DNA from: Candidatus Poseidoniaceae archaeon
GTDB lineage: Archaea; Thermoplasmatota; Poseidoniia; Poseidoniales; Poseidoniaceae
NCBI GenBank assembly: GCA_965662895.1
Contig: CBFIJH010000008.1
Span: forward strand, 1-64,000
Direction of reading: 5' to 3'
Length of the DNA: 64,000 nucleotides
This document shows positions 50,091 through 59,625 of the stretch, one piece after another. The first letter of the stretch is position 1. Every line of letters begins with the position of its first letter. The position numbers and the translations under genes were made by a program. The notes below the pieces were generated by a model. That model was not told where the DNA came from. It worked only from the letters and a program-made list of their open reading frames with translations, and did no database searches.

Positions 50091-51860
50091 ATGCCAGTCG
50101 GAGTTCCACCCAAAGGAGGGCCACTTGGTCGGAGTCGCTCAAGACTCTCTGCTTCTGGATTAACGACGTATCTTCGATGTCCACGGCAGTGGTACCTGAC
50201 TCGAAAGGTTGGTCTTTCATCCCCATCATCCATAGGACAAGTCACTGGATTGGTCATTGAGGATGCGCTTTGCCGAGTGCTGATGCATCGACCGGGAGCC
50301 ATGGAATCATTGGATGAACTTCGAAGATGGGCTCATGAATTGTGCGAAATAGAGGCTCAGAAGGCATGGGAAGAAGGAGAAGAGGCATGGTCCAATCGAT
50401 TGTGGAAGCGAGGCGATTCAGATTGGGCAACGGTTGAAGTCGATGATTACAATCGAAAGATTCGGAACGGTGTAGATTTATTCTTAGAAGAGGTTGAAGC
50501 ATGTTTCAAACAAAACGGAGGACCATATCTCGAACATTTCCGATCAGGGAGATCTCCATTCAAGATTCCTGCACCTGCATGGGGAGAAATCCCAAAATTT
50601 CCAGTTCCAGAGAAGGTTCGTTCATTGGAAGCAAGGGATTGGTCCATCGAACATTCGTTTGTTTGGCAAACGAATGGAGAACCCATCCATTGGAACGAGG
50701 CATGGGAGGTTGCCCGACCATGGTTCAAGGACCCACGTGTTCACCAACCACAACGAATGTTTCATCCCGATGGATGGGCTGCTGGCGAATTGGACTTGGT
50801 CATTCGATGGGACGGTACGATTCGGCTTGTTGACATCAAATCAGGACACTCCGGTTCTTCGTTCGCTGAAAGCCTCCAACATCAACTCCGGTTTTACGCA
50901 TGGTTATGGTCAAGAACAAACGAATCGGGAACGATTCAGAATATGGAAGGATGGTACCTCTCAAGCCGTGAGCGAATCGATTACAGTGCTCCGAGTGAAA
51001 AAGAACTTGCATCAATGGATCAAGAATTTCTTGACATTCATCAACAAATGAATTCAATGGGGAATGGAGCATCATTGCTACCGGGGAAGCCATCAGATGT
51101 ACAAGCCGATCATCTCCATGCATGTTCAGGGGAAGCTGCTGGTTGCAGTTGGTGCGCTGTTTCTGAAGAGAATCTCGAGCATGCTGGACCGATGAACGAA
51201 GAAACCCGAAAGATGATGTTGGAAGGTGTTGAGCCTCAGTCCCCGTGTTTGCCGTTTTCCCAAATTCCATCACGAGTGGACGTTTCGGGGGAACTCATTG
51301 CCCAATGGGGACCGCTTCCGAACCACTTCAATGAACCTGTTCTTGGTGCGATGCTGAAGGCCGGTGAAACAACCATAGCCATCGAAGAGGCAGAACCTGG
51401 CGCGTTTCCGAATCTTCATGCGTCCAAAAGTACGGACGTTGTCGTGCGAAATGCTTTACCAGGCGTATGGAGAGACCAACCACGCTTGTACGTCGATTCA
51501 GCGTCAGAAATTGTCCCAAAGGAGGAGGCAAATCAACCCAGCACACGACTGGGTCTTTTACGCACACGTGCCAATGCGGAAGGGATTGTTCTCTCCATTC
51601 GTCAACAACGTGGAAACCGTCTTGATGGTCGACCATGGTCCATGCTCGCATTTCACCTCTGGGATGGTCACCATGTTGTCGAGGTTGTTGCTTTTGGCTC
51701 TGCCATAAGTGAACGTCTCCTCAATCTACAACCGGGCAAGAGGATACGACTGATTGGTGCAGAATTGGGATGGCGTGCAGGTTTGGTTCAACTGCGAATC
51801 GATGTTCGTAAAACCAGGATCGAATTGCCAGGCCTTTCGTTTTCATCCAAGACTATTTGA
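50091..51860 (+). CDS. PD-(D/E)XK (RecB/Cas4-like) nuclease fused to two C-terminal OB folds
   Basis: LSASGLTTYLRCPRQW, GELDL..LVDIKSG, QLRFYAW, Cys cluster CSGEAAGCSWC; OB-like LWDGHHVVEVVAFG. Confidence 0.8.
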   Translation: MPVGVPPKGGPLGRSRSRLSASGLTTYLRCPRQWYLTRKVGLSSPSSIGQVTGLVIEDALCRVLMHRPGAMESLDELRRWAHELCEIEAQKAWEEGEEAWSNRLWKRGDSDWATVEVDDYNRKIRNGVDLFLEEVEACFKQNGGPYLEHFRSGRSPFKIPAPAWGEIPKFPVPEKVRSLEARDWSIEHSFVWQTNGEPIHWNEAWEVARPWFKDPRVHQPQRMFHPDGWAAGELDLVIRWDGTIRLVDIKSGHSGSSFAESLQHQLRFYAWLWSRTNESGTIQNMEGWYLSSRERIDYSAPSEKELASMDQEFLDIHQQMNSMGNGASLLPGKPSDVQADHLHACSGEAAGCSWCAVSEENLEHAGPMNEETRKMMLEGVEPQSPCLPFSQIPSRVDVSGELIAQWGPLPNHFNEPVLGAMLKAGETTIAIEEAEPGAFPNLHASKSTDVVVRNALPGVWRDQPRLYVDSASEIVPKEEANQPSTRLGLLRTRANAEGIVLSIRQQRGNRLDGRPWSMLAFHLWDGHHVVEVVAFGSAISERLLNLQPGKRIRLIGAELGWRAGLVQLRIDVRKTRIELPGLSFSSKTI

Positions 51861-51884
51861 GGGGTCGATACCAGTGGTGATTCT

Positions 51885-53705
51885 ATGCCTGTCCGATTAC
51901 CAAATCCTGACCTAGATTTTGTTGGCCAATACAACAGATTATCGGCAAGCCAAGTGAATACCTGGAAGGCTTGCCCCCGACTTTGGTACTACGAAAAAGT
52001 GCGACGGTTCGTCATGCCTCAGATTCCAATTCTCTATGTGGGTCGTGCTGTTGAAGAGGCCATCTGCAAGACGCTCAAAGAATCGCCTGCCCTGCTTGTT
52101 GCAAATGCTCCAGCCGATATCTATGCACCAACTCCACTTGATGAAACTGGACGCCCAGATCGAGAATTTAGGAACAAATGGCCTGCTGAACAATTGCTGA
52201 CTCTTCCAGAATCAAAATGGCCAAGGAACGAACAGGACCTGCACGGGTGGGCAAATCGACGCGTACTCACACATCTTGCGGTTAGTCTTGAAGCGATGCG
52301 TTTGGAATGGTCGAAACACGATCGGAAATCGGGTGATTGGGAGACTGATGTCGATATCGAACGATGTGAAATGATGGCAACAAATGGAATCCAAATGCAC
52401 ATGCATGAAGTCGTCGCATGTTTTGAAACAATCAGTGAGAAGGAACTTGATGCATGGAGAGCTGGTCATCGCTATCAGTGGCCAGCACCGGATGGCCGAG
52501 GCTATTCGTTGGATTCGCACCCACTTTCTCAAGCAGGCCCAATAACGTTGATTGAAGCATGGGAAATTGCTCGGCCGTGGTTTGTTGACCCTGATGCCAA
52601 GCCTTTCATGATGAATGCAGTTCACCCCGAACACTGGTTTCAAGGGGAGTATGACCTTGTTTATCGATGGGGTTTCAAAAACAAAATTGTCGATATCAAA
52701 GCCTCACTTGGGAATTCGGACCGATCCGGTGATTATGTCGAGCAATTGCGCATGTATGCCTATCTTTGGTGGGTGACGAATGAAGGCGAACCAGTCGATG
52801 GCCTCGAAATATGGTACTTGGCTGCAAATGCGATCAAGGACGTTGAGATTCCACCAGAAGATGAATTGAAACTTCTTGGAACCGAATTGAAATCGCTTTG
52901 GTCTGTGTTACGGGAAGAAACTCCGACCATCGATCGATGTCCGCCCAACCCTGCACCAATGCGCTCGTTCGGCCCGGGAGGTGTGCCGTCGAAGAAACCG
53001 CCCACCAAAAGTCGCTGTGAACGGTGCGATTGGTCGCATATTTGTCCGAATGGTGAATTCACAGAGAAGCATCCAAACGGCGGATCTTTTCACTTGCCGG
53101 GTACGGTTGCTGAAACCGAGGCAACACCTCTTGCCTCAATACAAACCCGACACACGGTGACGGGGCAAGTCCATGCTATCGTCAATGGTCGGCAGCCAAA
53201 AGTGACCATTTCAGAAGGAAATTCTGCCTTCGCAGACGTGCAAATCAAGGCATCCGAATACAAAGATGGAGGGCCAACGGTTCCCGAGGACTTGAAAAAA
53301 GGAGACTTTGTTTGTGTTGAAAACGCATTTTTTCAGGTCAATTACAAAGGTGCGCTCATACTGAAGGTTGATCCATTTGCTCGAATTGTTCGATTGAACG
53401 AAGGTGATGAGAACATCTCTCTTCACACCCCGCGTGCACGGTGGAATGTCACCGGAACGGTTGTCTATAGAACAGAGAAGAGAGGTGTTTCTGCTCGGGG
53501 CGATTGGTGCCGAAAAGGCTTGATGTTAATGGATGAATTCGGTTCCATGAAAATTGAAGGGTGGCAAGCAGATTGGGGCGCGCAATACGACATGCTGAAA
53601 CCCGGAGACAAGGTATTCATCACCAACATTGGTATCGATGGATGGGCAGCGTCGACGCGAGGCGAAATCTATCGCACTTCACGTCTCCATATTCTCCATG
53701 ACTAG
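51885..53705 (+). CDS. PD-(D/E)XK (RecB/Cas4-like) nuclease fused to two C-terminal OB folds (paralog of upstream gene)
   Basis: LSASQVNTWKACPRLW, GEYDL..IVDIKAS, QLRMYAY, CERCDWSHICP; OB-like LMDEFGSMKIEGW. Confidence 0.8.
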   Translation: MPVRLPNPDLDFVGQYNRLSASQVNTWKACPRLWYYEKVRRFVMPQIPILYVGRAVEEAICKTLKESPALLVANAPADIYAPTPLDETGRPDREFRNKWPAEQLLTLPESKWPRNEQDLHGWANRRVLTHLAVSLEAMRLEWSKHDRKSGDWETDVDIERCEMMATNGIQMHMHEVVACFETISEKELDAWRAGHRYQWPAPDGRGYSLDSHPLSQAGPITLIEAWEIARPWFVDPDAKPFMMNAVHPEHWFQGEYDLVYRWGFKNKIVDIKASLGNSDRSGDYVEQLRMYAYLWWVTNEGEPVDGLEIWYLAANAIKDVEIPPEDELKLLGTELKSLWSVLREETPTIDRCPPNPAPMRSFGPGGVPSKKPPTKSRCERCDWSHICPNGEFTEKHPNGGSFHLPGTVAETEATPLASIQTRHTVTGQVHAIVNGRQPKVTISEGNSAFADVQIKASEYKDGGPTVPEDLKKGDFVCVENAFFQVNYKGALILKVDPFARIVRLNEGDENISLHTPRARWNVTGTVVYRTEKRGVSARGDWCRKGLMLMDEFGSMKIEGWQADWGAQYDMLKPGDKVFITNIGIDGWAASTRGEIYRTSRLHILHD

Positions 53706-53902
53706 CCTCCCGATGAGACTGTCGTAACCAAGAGACGAATATCTGAATGCAGAACTGTGCTATGAGGAAGTATTCGTTCTTCAAAACTGACTACAACCGT
53801 CGACGGAAGTATTCCTGCAAGTTCGAGTGCAGTTCGAATCGTTTGAGGAGGTTCCATGTCGATGCTGCAATTATGATCCCGTCCGTGAAAGGTCACCTGC
53901 AT
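53702..53902 (-). CDS. Ubiquitin-like ThiS/MoaD/SAMP protein
   Basis: 66 aa, beta-grasp pattern, C-terminal SSGG. Confidence 0.85.
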   Translation of the reverse strand: MQVTFHGRDHNCSIDMEPPQTIRTALELAGILPSTVVVSFEERILPHSTVLHSDIRLLVTTVSSGG

Positions 53903-53956
53903 AACATGGACTGTGAAGCATCACGCTTATGACGGTGGCGCACAGGCGACAAACAA

Positions 53957-54039
53957 GCCGAGATCGCATAGCCCGGTATTGCGGTGGATTCGAAATCCAC
54001 TGTCCCTTGGACGCGGGGGTTCAAATCCCTCTCTCGGCG
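53957..54039 (+). tRNA. tRNA-Ser (CGA)
   Basis: GCCGAGA/TCTCGGC acceptor stem; GTGGA-TTCGAAA-TCCAC anticodon arm; long variable arm GTCC-CTT-GGAC; G discriminator. Confidence 0.95.
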
Positions 54040-54040
54040 C

Positions 54041-54793
54041 CTAAATGTAGAACGCATCAGGCTCTTCCATTAGTTCACGAACATGGTCAGTTGTTGCTGA
54101 AGGTGCCAACTCACTTAGTTTTGAGAGAAGTGCTGAGGTTGTATTTACAGGTAATTGAAGTTTCAAATCCCACCCTTTGTTGATAAATTCCAATAGCCGA
54201 ATTGATGCATGAACATCGCCACTCGCACCGACTGTTGTGGCCATTGCACACACTGATTTGATTCCAAACATTGGTGCGAGTGATGCCATAAGTGCAGACA
54301 TTCCAATTGCACCGCCCATGGGTTGATCTCGACGAACATCAACACCTCGTTCTTCCAAATCAACTCGATGGGAGGAAGATGTTGCAACTACAAACGCTTC
54401 CTTGACCTCAGGAGTTGACATTAGACCGGCAAGAACAATCAGTTCGTTCATGTTGGATGTTGAAAATTGCTTCAATAACTCTGTCGTAAAATCATACTGC
54501 GAATTGGATTCCGATGGTTGCCCACGACCGGTTATGGTGAGGATGTTCGCTCCGCTTTGTGCTTCAATTCGATGTGCAACAAGATGAGGAGGTGCGAGTA
54601 AACCATCCTCATCCAAACGCGCCAAAGGCGTAAGTCCAGGATGGATGAATCGAGCTTCAAGAGTTGCTTGGTTCGCTTCGTTCAACAATTCAATCGCATT
54701 TTTTCCAACATCACCAACGCCAGGAAGGGCGAACAGAACCAAATCGACATTCTCGAGTGCTTCTTTTCCAATGGCATCAACAAGGAGTGTCAT
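54041..54793 (-). CDS. PAC2-family proteasome assembly chaperone
   Basis: ALPGVGDVGK motif; conserved position after nop10. Confidence 0.85.
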   Translation of the reverse strand: MTLLVDAIGKEALENVDLVLFALPGVGDVGKNAIELLNEANQATLEARFIHPGLTPLARLDEDGLLAPPHLVAHRIEAQSGANILTITGRGQPSESNSQYDFTTELLKQFSTSNMNELIVLAGLMSTPEVKEAFVVATSSSHRVDLEERGVDVRRDQPMGGAIGMSALMASLAPMFGIKSVCAMATTVGASGDVHASIRLLEFINKGWDLKLQLPVNTTSALLSKLSELAPSATTDHVRELMEEPDAFYI

Positions 54794-54853
54794 GTATCCT
54801 TTACGCTCTCTTGAAGGGGTATAATGTTTGATGAAGAATGAACCAGAATAGTC

Positions 54854-55105
54854 TCATTCTTCTTCTTGTTTTTGTGAACCAATCCGCATTTCTTCAATCG
54901 ATGGAAGTGTTGGAATCGTTTGGGCCCAATCCGGAGACTCAACGTTGTTGAGTTGCCGTCGAACGTTCGATCTATGGTCTTCGGGCGACCATTTCAATGG
55001 GGCGGCAGCTTGTGCTTTCCCGCCACACTGAGGACAGGTTGTTTCCAAACACCATGCTCCGCAATCGATGCATTGTTGCAGAAGTTGTCGCGGCATTTGG
55101 CTCAC
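54854..55105 (-). CDS. nop10: H/ACA RNP protein Nop10
   Basis: CIDCG..CL...CPQCGG....APLKWSPED; conserved gene order. Confidence 0.9.
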   Translation of the reverse strand: MSQMPRQLLQQCIDCGAWCLETTCPQCGGKAQAAAPLKWSPEDHRSNVRRQLNNVESPDWAQTIPTLPSIEEMRIGSQKQEEE

Positions 55106-55890
55106 TCCCTGTAGGAATCGGCGGTACCACCTGCACCTTCGATAACCGAAACGACTGCTTCAATCGAGGATGTCCAGGTATCCTCTGCAGTCTTGAAATC
55201 TGGTGCTCGCATTTCAATCCGATATTCAGGGGCACCATTGTAGTAGCAGCGAACTTCGATTTCATCTTCTTCAGAGGAAATCTTCTCCGCAGCAAGAAGT
55301 GCATCACGAATGGTTTCAACGCCGTTGTTGGTCTCAACCTTAAGCGTTAAAATTCCTCGAATTTCAACAAATGGAGGGATGATGTTCTCAACAGATAAGT
55401 CGATGAAAGGTTGGATCCAATCGCCTTCAAAACCCGCATCAATGATTGAACCTTCCTGCATGGCTGCTTCTTCGAAAGCACCGTACAACGTCTCGAAAAC
55501 TTCTGTCAACTCTTGTTGAAGTTCGGACGCAAAATCGGCTTCCCATTTTTGTGATTCTGAAAGCACTTTGAACAATTGAAGAGCTCGTTGTTCATTTTTC
55601 CACTGTTGGAGTCGATCTCTACGTCGCTCTTCAGAGACGGACTTTAGCGAGAGTTTGAGTGAACTCCCGTCTCTTCGGCTTGGCATGACTTTGCAAACAA
55701 GTCGTTGCCCTTCTCGTACAAATCGTCGAATGTTCTTGATCCAACCGCTGGCAATTTCTCCAATGAAGATGAACCCATCAACGCCTTCGTACTCATCGAG
55801 AGATACATCCGCACCGTTTTGTTTGACACTGTGAACCGTGACAACAACAAGTTCTCCCTCTTCCGGGTAGACGAGGTCGGTTTTTGACAT
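55102..55890 (-). CDS. eif2a: Translation initiation factor 2 alpha subunit
   Basis: YPEEGELVV S1 domain, EIASGWIKNIR, GAPEYRI. Confidence 0.95.
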   Translation of the reverse strand: MSKTDLVYPEEGELVVVTVHSVKQNGADVSLDEYEGVDGFIFIGEIASGWIKNIRRFVREGQRLVCKVMPSRRDGSSLKLSLKSVSEERRRDRLQQWKNEQRALQLFKVLSESQKWEADFASELQQELTEVFETLYGAFEEAAMQEGSIIDAGFEGDWIQPFIDLSVENIIPPFVEIRGILTLKVETNNGVETIRDALLAAEKISSEEDEIEVRCYYNGAPEYRIEMRAPDFKTAEDTWTSSIEAVVSVIEGAGGTADSYRE

Positions 55891-55905
55891 GGAGGCTCAG
55901 CCTCC

Positions 55906-56076
55906 TCATTCCAACGTTTCAAGGACTGTGCAGCCAACGAGTTCGGCTTTACCACCAGATGGACTGGTCAACGTTGCACCACAGACATTGCAAGAAATGA
56001 CTGTCGTGGCTCTTGAGAAGAGGACTGTTTCGTTGCCGCAATCTTTGCATGAGACTTTCATAAATTCGCCAGACAT
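55906..56076 (-). CDS. rps27e: 30S ribosomal protein S27e
   Basis: FMKVSCKDCGNE.VLF...CNVCG.TL..PSGGKA. Confidence 0.95.
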   Translation of the reverse strand: MSGEFMKVSCKDCGNETVLFSRATTVISCNVCGATLTSPSGGKAELVGCTVLETLE

Positions 56077-56086
56077 TTTATTCACC

Positions 56087-56371
56087 TCATCGATCAACAA
56101 GTTCGAACTTCTTTGCTCGCTTGCATGGTGCGTAGTGAGCCTTTCCGGTCTCAGTGCAACGGTAGAGAATGTTCACGCGCTTTGTCGGCTTTTCACGGCC
56201 GTCTGGCTTAGGACGTGGGAAACCACGGTACCCACGCATGACCTTACGGAAACGTCGCTGACCCCAGCGGAGTTCAGAGGCGCGCTTCTTCTTGACGCGC
56301 TCGACTGTATGCAGCGTGTGCTTACCTGCTGATGGGCTGTAACGCATAATTTGACGTGGCATCTTGACCAT
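56087..56371 (-). CDS. rpl44e: 50S ribosomal protein L44e
   Basis: KMPRQIMRYSP, KHTLH, WGQRRF...GYRGFPRP, KPTKR. Confidence 0.95.
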   Translation of the reverse strand: MVKMPRQIMRYSPSAGKHTLHTVERVKKKRASELRWGQRRFRKVMRGYRGFPRPKPDGREKPTKRVNILYRCTETGKAHYAPCKRAKKFELVDR

Positions 56372-56503
56372 GGTCATCACCTGAACAATTTGCCGACCAT
56401 CGACGGGTATTTATTGCTGTCGTCGCATGACACGATGGAAAAGAGGCAAAGAAAAAGCATATTTGCAGCCATATTGATAAGTCGAGTGCAATGAAAGTCA
56501 ACT

Positions 56504-57307
56504 ATGGAATACGGACTCAAAGTAGCCCTTTTGCTTTGGGCGCCTTTGGGACTGGTGTTCCTGTCGCTTGGTCTTCAATTCAGGAAAAAGAAGACTTCGC
56601 AGAAAATCGGTAAGATGCTTGGTCTTCTCGGACTGATAACGTTTGGTCTTTCTTTTCTCACAGTTCCATCATCGCCTTCGGCTGCATCAAGCGCAATGTT
56701 CGTCAGCGTATTGCCATCGATTGGTTTGATGTTGTTGGGACTCTACTTGGCTTTGTTCTCTGGAGATATACCGGTTCGAAGATTCAGCCCGGCTATGCGT
56801 CCGTTCGGATTGTTGATGTTTCTTCTCGGATTTGCACTTCTCGAGTCGATGCATTGGCATGAAAACAGCATGCTACCATCGACAACATGGGATGGTGAAA
56901 CAAACAAATTCTGGCTCATTTTCCGGCCCACCTTCTTGTTGTCCATGAGCAGTTTTTTGCTTGCAGGAGGCTACTTCGTGAACCTTGTCGGAAAACGAAT
57001 CAGTCAAACCTCCCGAGTCCTGTATCTCACTGGAGGATTCTCCTTCATGCTCATGATCGTTAGTGTTCTCTATGATGGCACGAGCACAACCGCAGATGAG
57101 TTTCATAATTCAGTTTTGCTTGCAATAAGCGATATACTTGGATTCCTTTCTGGAATTGGCCTCAGTGTCCTTCTTTTCACCCTTACTATTTGGCAATTTG
57201 AACGAAAGCGTCCTCCGTTAACTCAACTCCCTCCACCATCACAAAGCCAGCTCGAAAAGGCATCTGAAATCATTCAACAAAACCTACGAGGTGATGAAGA
57301 TGAATAA
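56504..57307 (+). CDS. Hypothetical multi-pass membrane protein
   Basis: About 7 TM segments. Confidence 0.72.
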   Translation: MEYGLKVALLLWAPLGLVFLSLGLQFRKKKTSQKIGKMLGLLGLITFGLSFLTVPSSPSAASSAMFVSVLPSIGLMLLGLYLALFSGDIPVRRFSPAMRPFGLLMFLLGFALLESMHWHENSMLPSTTWDGETNKFWLIFRPTFLLSMSSFLLAGGYFVNLVGKRISQTSRVLYLTGGFSFMLMIVSVLYDGTSTTADEFHNSVLLAISDILGFLSGIGLSVLLFTLTIWQFERKRPPLTQLPPPSQSQLEKASEIIQQNLRGDEDE

Positions 57308-57743
57308 CCGCATAGGAATTAAGCAACTGGTTACTGCAGGATTGCTTTTCCTTCTTCCTGCAATGACCATCGTACTTCTTCAAAGCGATTCGACCTACGA
57401 TACTGAGCGCGGATTGACCCGTTTCTTCAACGCCTTCTTGACCTCGTACACGATCTTCTCCGTGTTTTTTGTCGTTAACATGTTTCAATACTCAAAAAGT
57501 CGCGAGGAGCCCACTGCACCATGGATATCGATGGTTTATGCCGCAGTTCTTGGAATCTTTGTAATCCTTTTGCTTACCTCTCAAGGAGGACTGTTGATGG
57601 AAGAGAATGGGTCGCAGCGTGCTCAAATCTTGTACAACATCATTCACTTCATCGTCACGAGTGTTGCGATTTTGACAGCGATTTCGATATTGGTCTTGCT
57701 CTCGTTTGTGAATCTTGACTCAAAAAACCAAGATGAATCATGA
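57291..57743 (+). CDS. Hypothetical 4-TM membrane protein
   Basis: Four hydrophobic segments; overlaps the upstream gene (start may be 57300). Confidence 0.7.
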   Translation: MMKMNNRIGIKQLVTAGLLFLLPAMTIVLLQSDSTYDTERGLTRFFNAFLTSYTIFSVFFVVNMFQYSKSREEPTAPWISMVYAAVLGIFVILLLTSQGGLLMEENGSQRAQILYNIIHFIVTSVAILTAISILVLLSFVNLDSKNQDES

Positions 57744-57816
57744 CCCTACTGAAACGAAACCGCCATCGTTGACTTCATAAGGAGGAGGTAGGTGGCGAAG
57801 ATATCGAGGTGAGCAT

Positions 57817-57996
57817 TTGTCAAAGGGTACACCATCCATGGGTCGTCGACAAAAGACAACACACATCCGCTGCAGACGCTGTGGACGCAACGCATATCAC
57901 AAGCAAAAGAGCGTTTGCGCTTCATGCGGATACGGCAAGACTGCACGAATGCGCACCTACAGCTGGAACAAAAAATCCCACCGACCTAAGGCTTGA
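57817..57996 (+). CDS. rpl37e: 50S ribosomal protein L37e (TTG start; absent from the ORF track)
   Basis: Manual translation (M)[49 protein letters not shown]...; SD GAGGTGA upstream. Confidence 0.95.
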   Translation: MSKGTPSMGRRQKTTHIRCRRCGRNAYHKQKSVCASCGYGKTARMRTYSWNKKSHRPKA

Positions 57997-58055
57997 GCCA
58001 CAACAAGGGGAAGGAATACAAAGGCGGCGCGACTGTCCGCAACAAAGGGACTCAC

Positions 58056-59597
58056 ATGTGCGGCATTATCGGTATCGTCGGAAGGGCTGGTTCGAACGTG
58101 AATCAGGCGCTTTACGACGGCCTTACTGTTCTCCAACATCGCGGCCAAGATGCAGCAGGCATCATGACAGAGAAGAATGAGAAATTCAACCTTCGTAAAG
58201 GAAATGGGTTGGTTTCGGACGTTTTTTACAAGCGACATATGCAAAAGTTGCTTGGCCACATTGGAATCGGCCATGTTCGATACCCTACAGCAGGATCTTC
58301 CTCGACGGCAGAAGCCCAGCCTTTCTACGTCAATTCTCCTTACGGTCTTGCTCTAGCGCACAATGGGAATCTAACCAACAGTTCAGAAATAGCCCGAGAA
58401 TTAGTTGTCAACCATCGGCGCCATGTCAACACAACGAGCGATTCAGAAGTACTCCTGAATCACCTTGCTGTTCAACTCGACATCCTGAGCGACCAAATGA
58501 GCATCGATGGCGAGCCGTTTCTTGATGTTGATTCATTCTTTGATGCCATAACAACCGTGAACGAAACGGTTCAGGGAGGTTATGCATGCGTCGGAATGGT
58601 CAATGGTTACGGACTGTTTGCATTCAGGGACCCTCACGGCATTCGCCCCCTCATCTATGGGAAGCGTGAATACGATGGAGGCACAGAATGGGTCGTTGCC
58701 AGTGAATCTGTAGCAATTACCGCTCTCGGATTTGAGATCGTTGCTGATGTACAGCCAGGTGAGGCGATTTTCATCTCCACCTCTGGCCATTTGTTTACCA
58801 AGCAATGTGCAGAAAAGAAGGCATTCACACCTTGCATTTTCGAACACGTCTACTTTGCCCGTCCTGATTCAACGATTGATGGGATTTCTGTTTATCAAGC
58901 TCGGCTCAATCAAGGCAAGCGACTTGCAGAGCGCTTGATCGAGGATTGGCCAGACCATGACATTGACGTTGTGATACCTGTCCCGGATTCAGGGCGAATA
59001 TCCGCAATCCAAATGGCGAATTCACTGAACCTTCCATATCGAGAAGGATTTGTAAAAAACCGATATGTTGGACGGACCTTCATCATGCCGGGGCAAGAAA
59101 TGCGAATGAAATCTGTTCGGCGAAAACTTAACGCCATTCCGAGAGAATTTGAGGGCAAGAATGTCCTGCTTGTTGATGATTCGATTGTTCGCGGGACCAC
59201 AAGTGCCCAGATTATCGAGATGGCTCGAGAAGTCGGTGCGAACAAAGTGTATTTTGCATCTGCAGCACCTCCCGTCCGTCATCCAAACGTGTACGGAATT
59301 GATATGCCAGCTGTTGATGAGTTTATTGCTAATGGAAAATCAATCGATGAAATCAATTCAACAATTGGTTCAGATCGTCTCTTTTACCAACGACTCGATG
59401 ACCTTGAGGAAGTGACTGGGCATGAGGATACCAACATCGATGGATTCGACAGTTCGTGCTTCAACGGAGAATACATTACAGGAAACATTGACCAAGCATA
59501 CCTCGAAAAACTTCGTTCTGAACGAAACGATGCATCAAAGCAAGAAAAATTAGCCGGGGATGAACAAGGCATCGATATGCACAATGATGAGGAATGA
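58056..59597 (+). CDS. purF: Amidophosphoribosyltransferase
   Basis: MCGIIG start, [39 protein letters not shown]. Confidence 0.97.
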   Translation: MCGIIGIVGRAGSNVNQALYDGLTVLQHRGQDAAGIMTEKNEKFNLRKGNGLVSDVFYKRHMQKLLGHIGIGHVRYPTAGSSSTAEAQPFYVNSPYGLALAHNGNLTNSSEIARELVVNHRRHVNTTSDSEVLLNHLAVQLDILSDQMSIDGEPFLDVDSFFDAITTVNETVQGGYACVGMVNGYGLFAFRDPHGIRPLIYGKREYDGGTEWVVASESVAITALGFEIVADVQPGEAIFISTSGHLFTKQCAEKKAFTPCIFEHVYFARPDSTIDGISVYQARLNQGKRLAERLIEDWPDHDIDVVIPVPDSGRISAIQMANSLNLPYREGFVKNRYVGRTFIMPGQEMRMKSVRRKLNAIPREFEGKNVLLVDDSIVRGTTSAQIIEMAREVGANKVYFASAAPPVRHPNVYGIDMPAVDEFIANGKSIDEINSTIGSDRLFYQRLDDLEEVTGHEDTNIDGFDSSCFNGEYITGNIDQAYLEKLRSERNDASKQEKLAGDEQGIDMHNDEE

Positions 59598-59625
59598 ATC
59601 AATACGTTGTATTCTCGTCAGCAGT

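Noticed and set aside
50091-53705. CRISPR-Cas locus suggested by Cas4-like genes
   Set aside because: No repeat-spacer array, cas1/cas2 or effector genes were seen anywhere in the window.
53957-54039. Intron or integration scar at tRNA-Ser or tRNA-Ala
   Set aside because: Both fold as complete cloverleaves without a BHB intron; I saw no duplicated 3' ends by eye, though a computed repeat search would be needed to be sure.
57746-58274. ORF-track ORFs between the membrane genes and purF, and the 21-aa purF extension
   Set aside because: The region is explained by rpl37e in another frame; PurF needs an N-terminal Cys, so its start is 58056.
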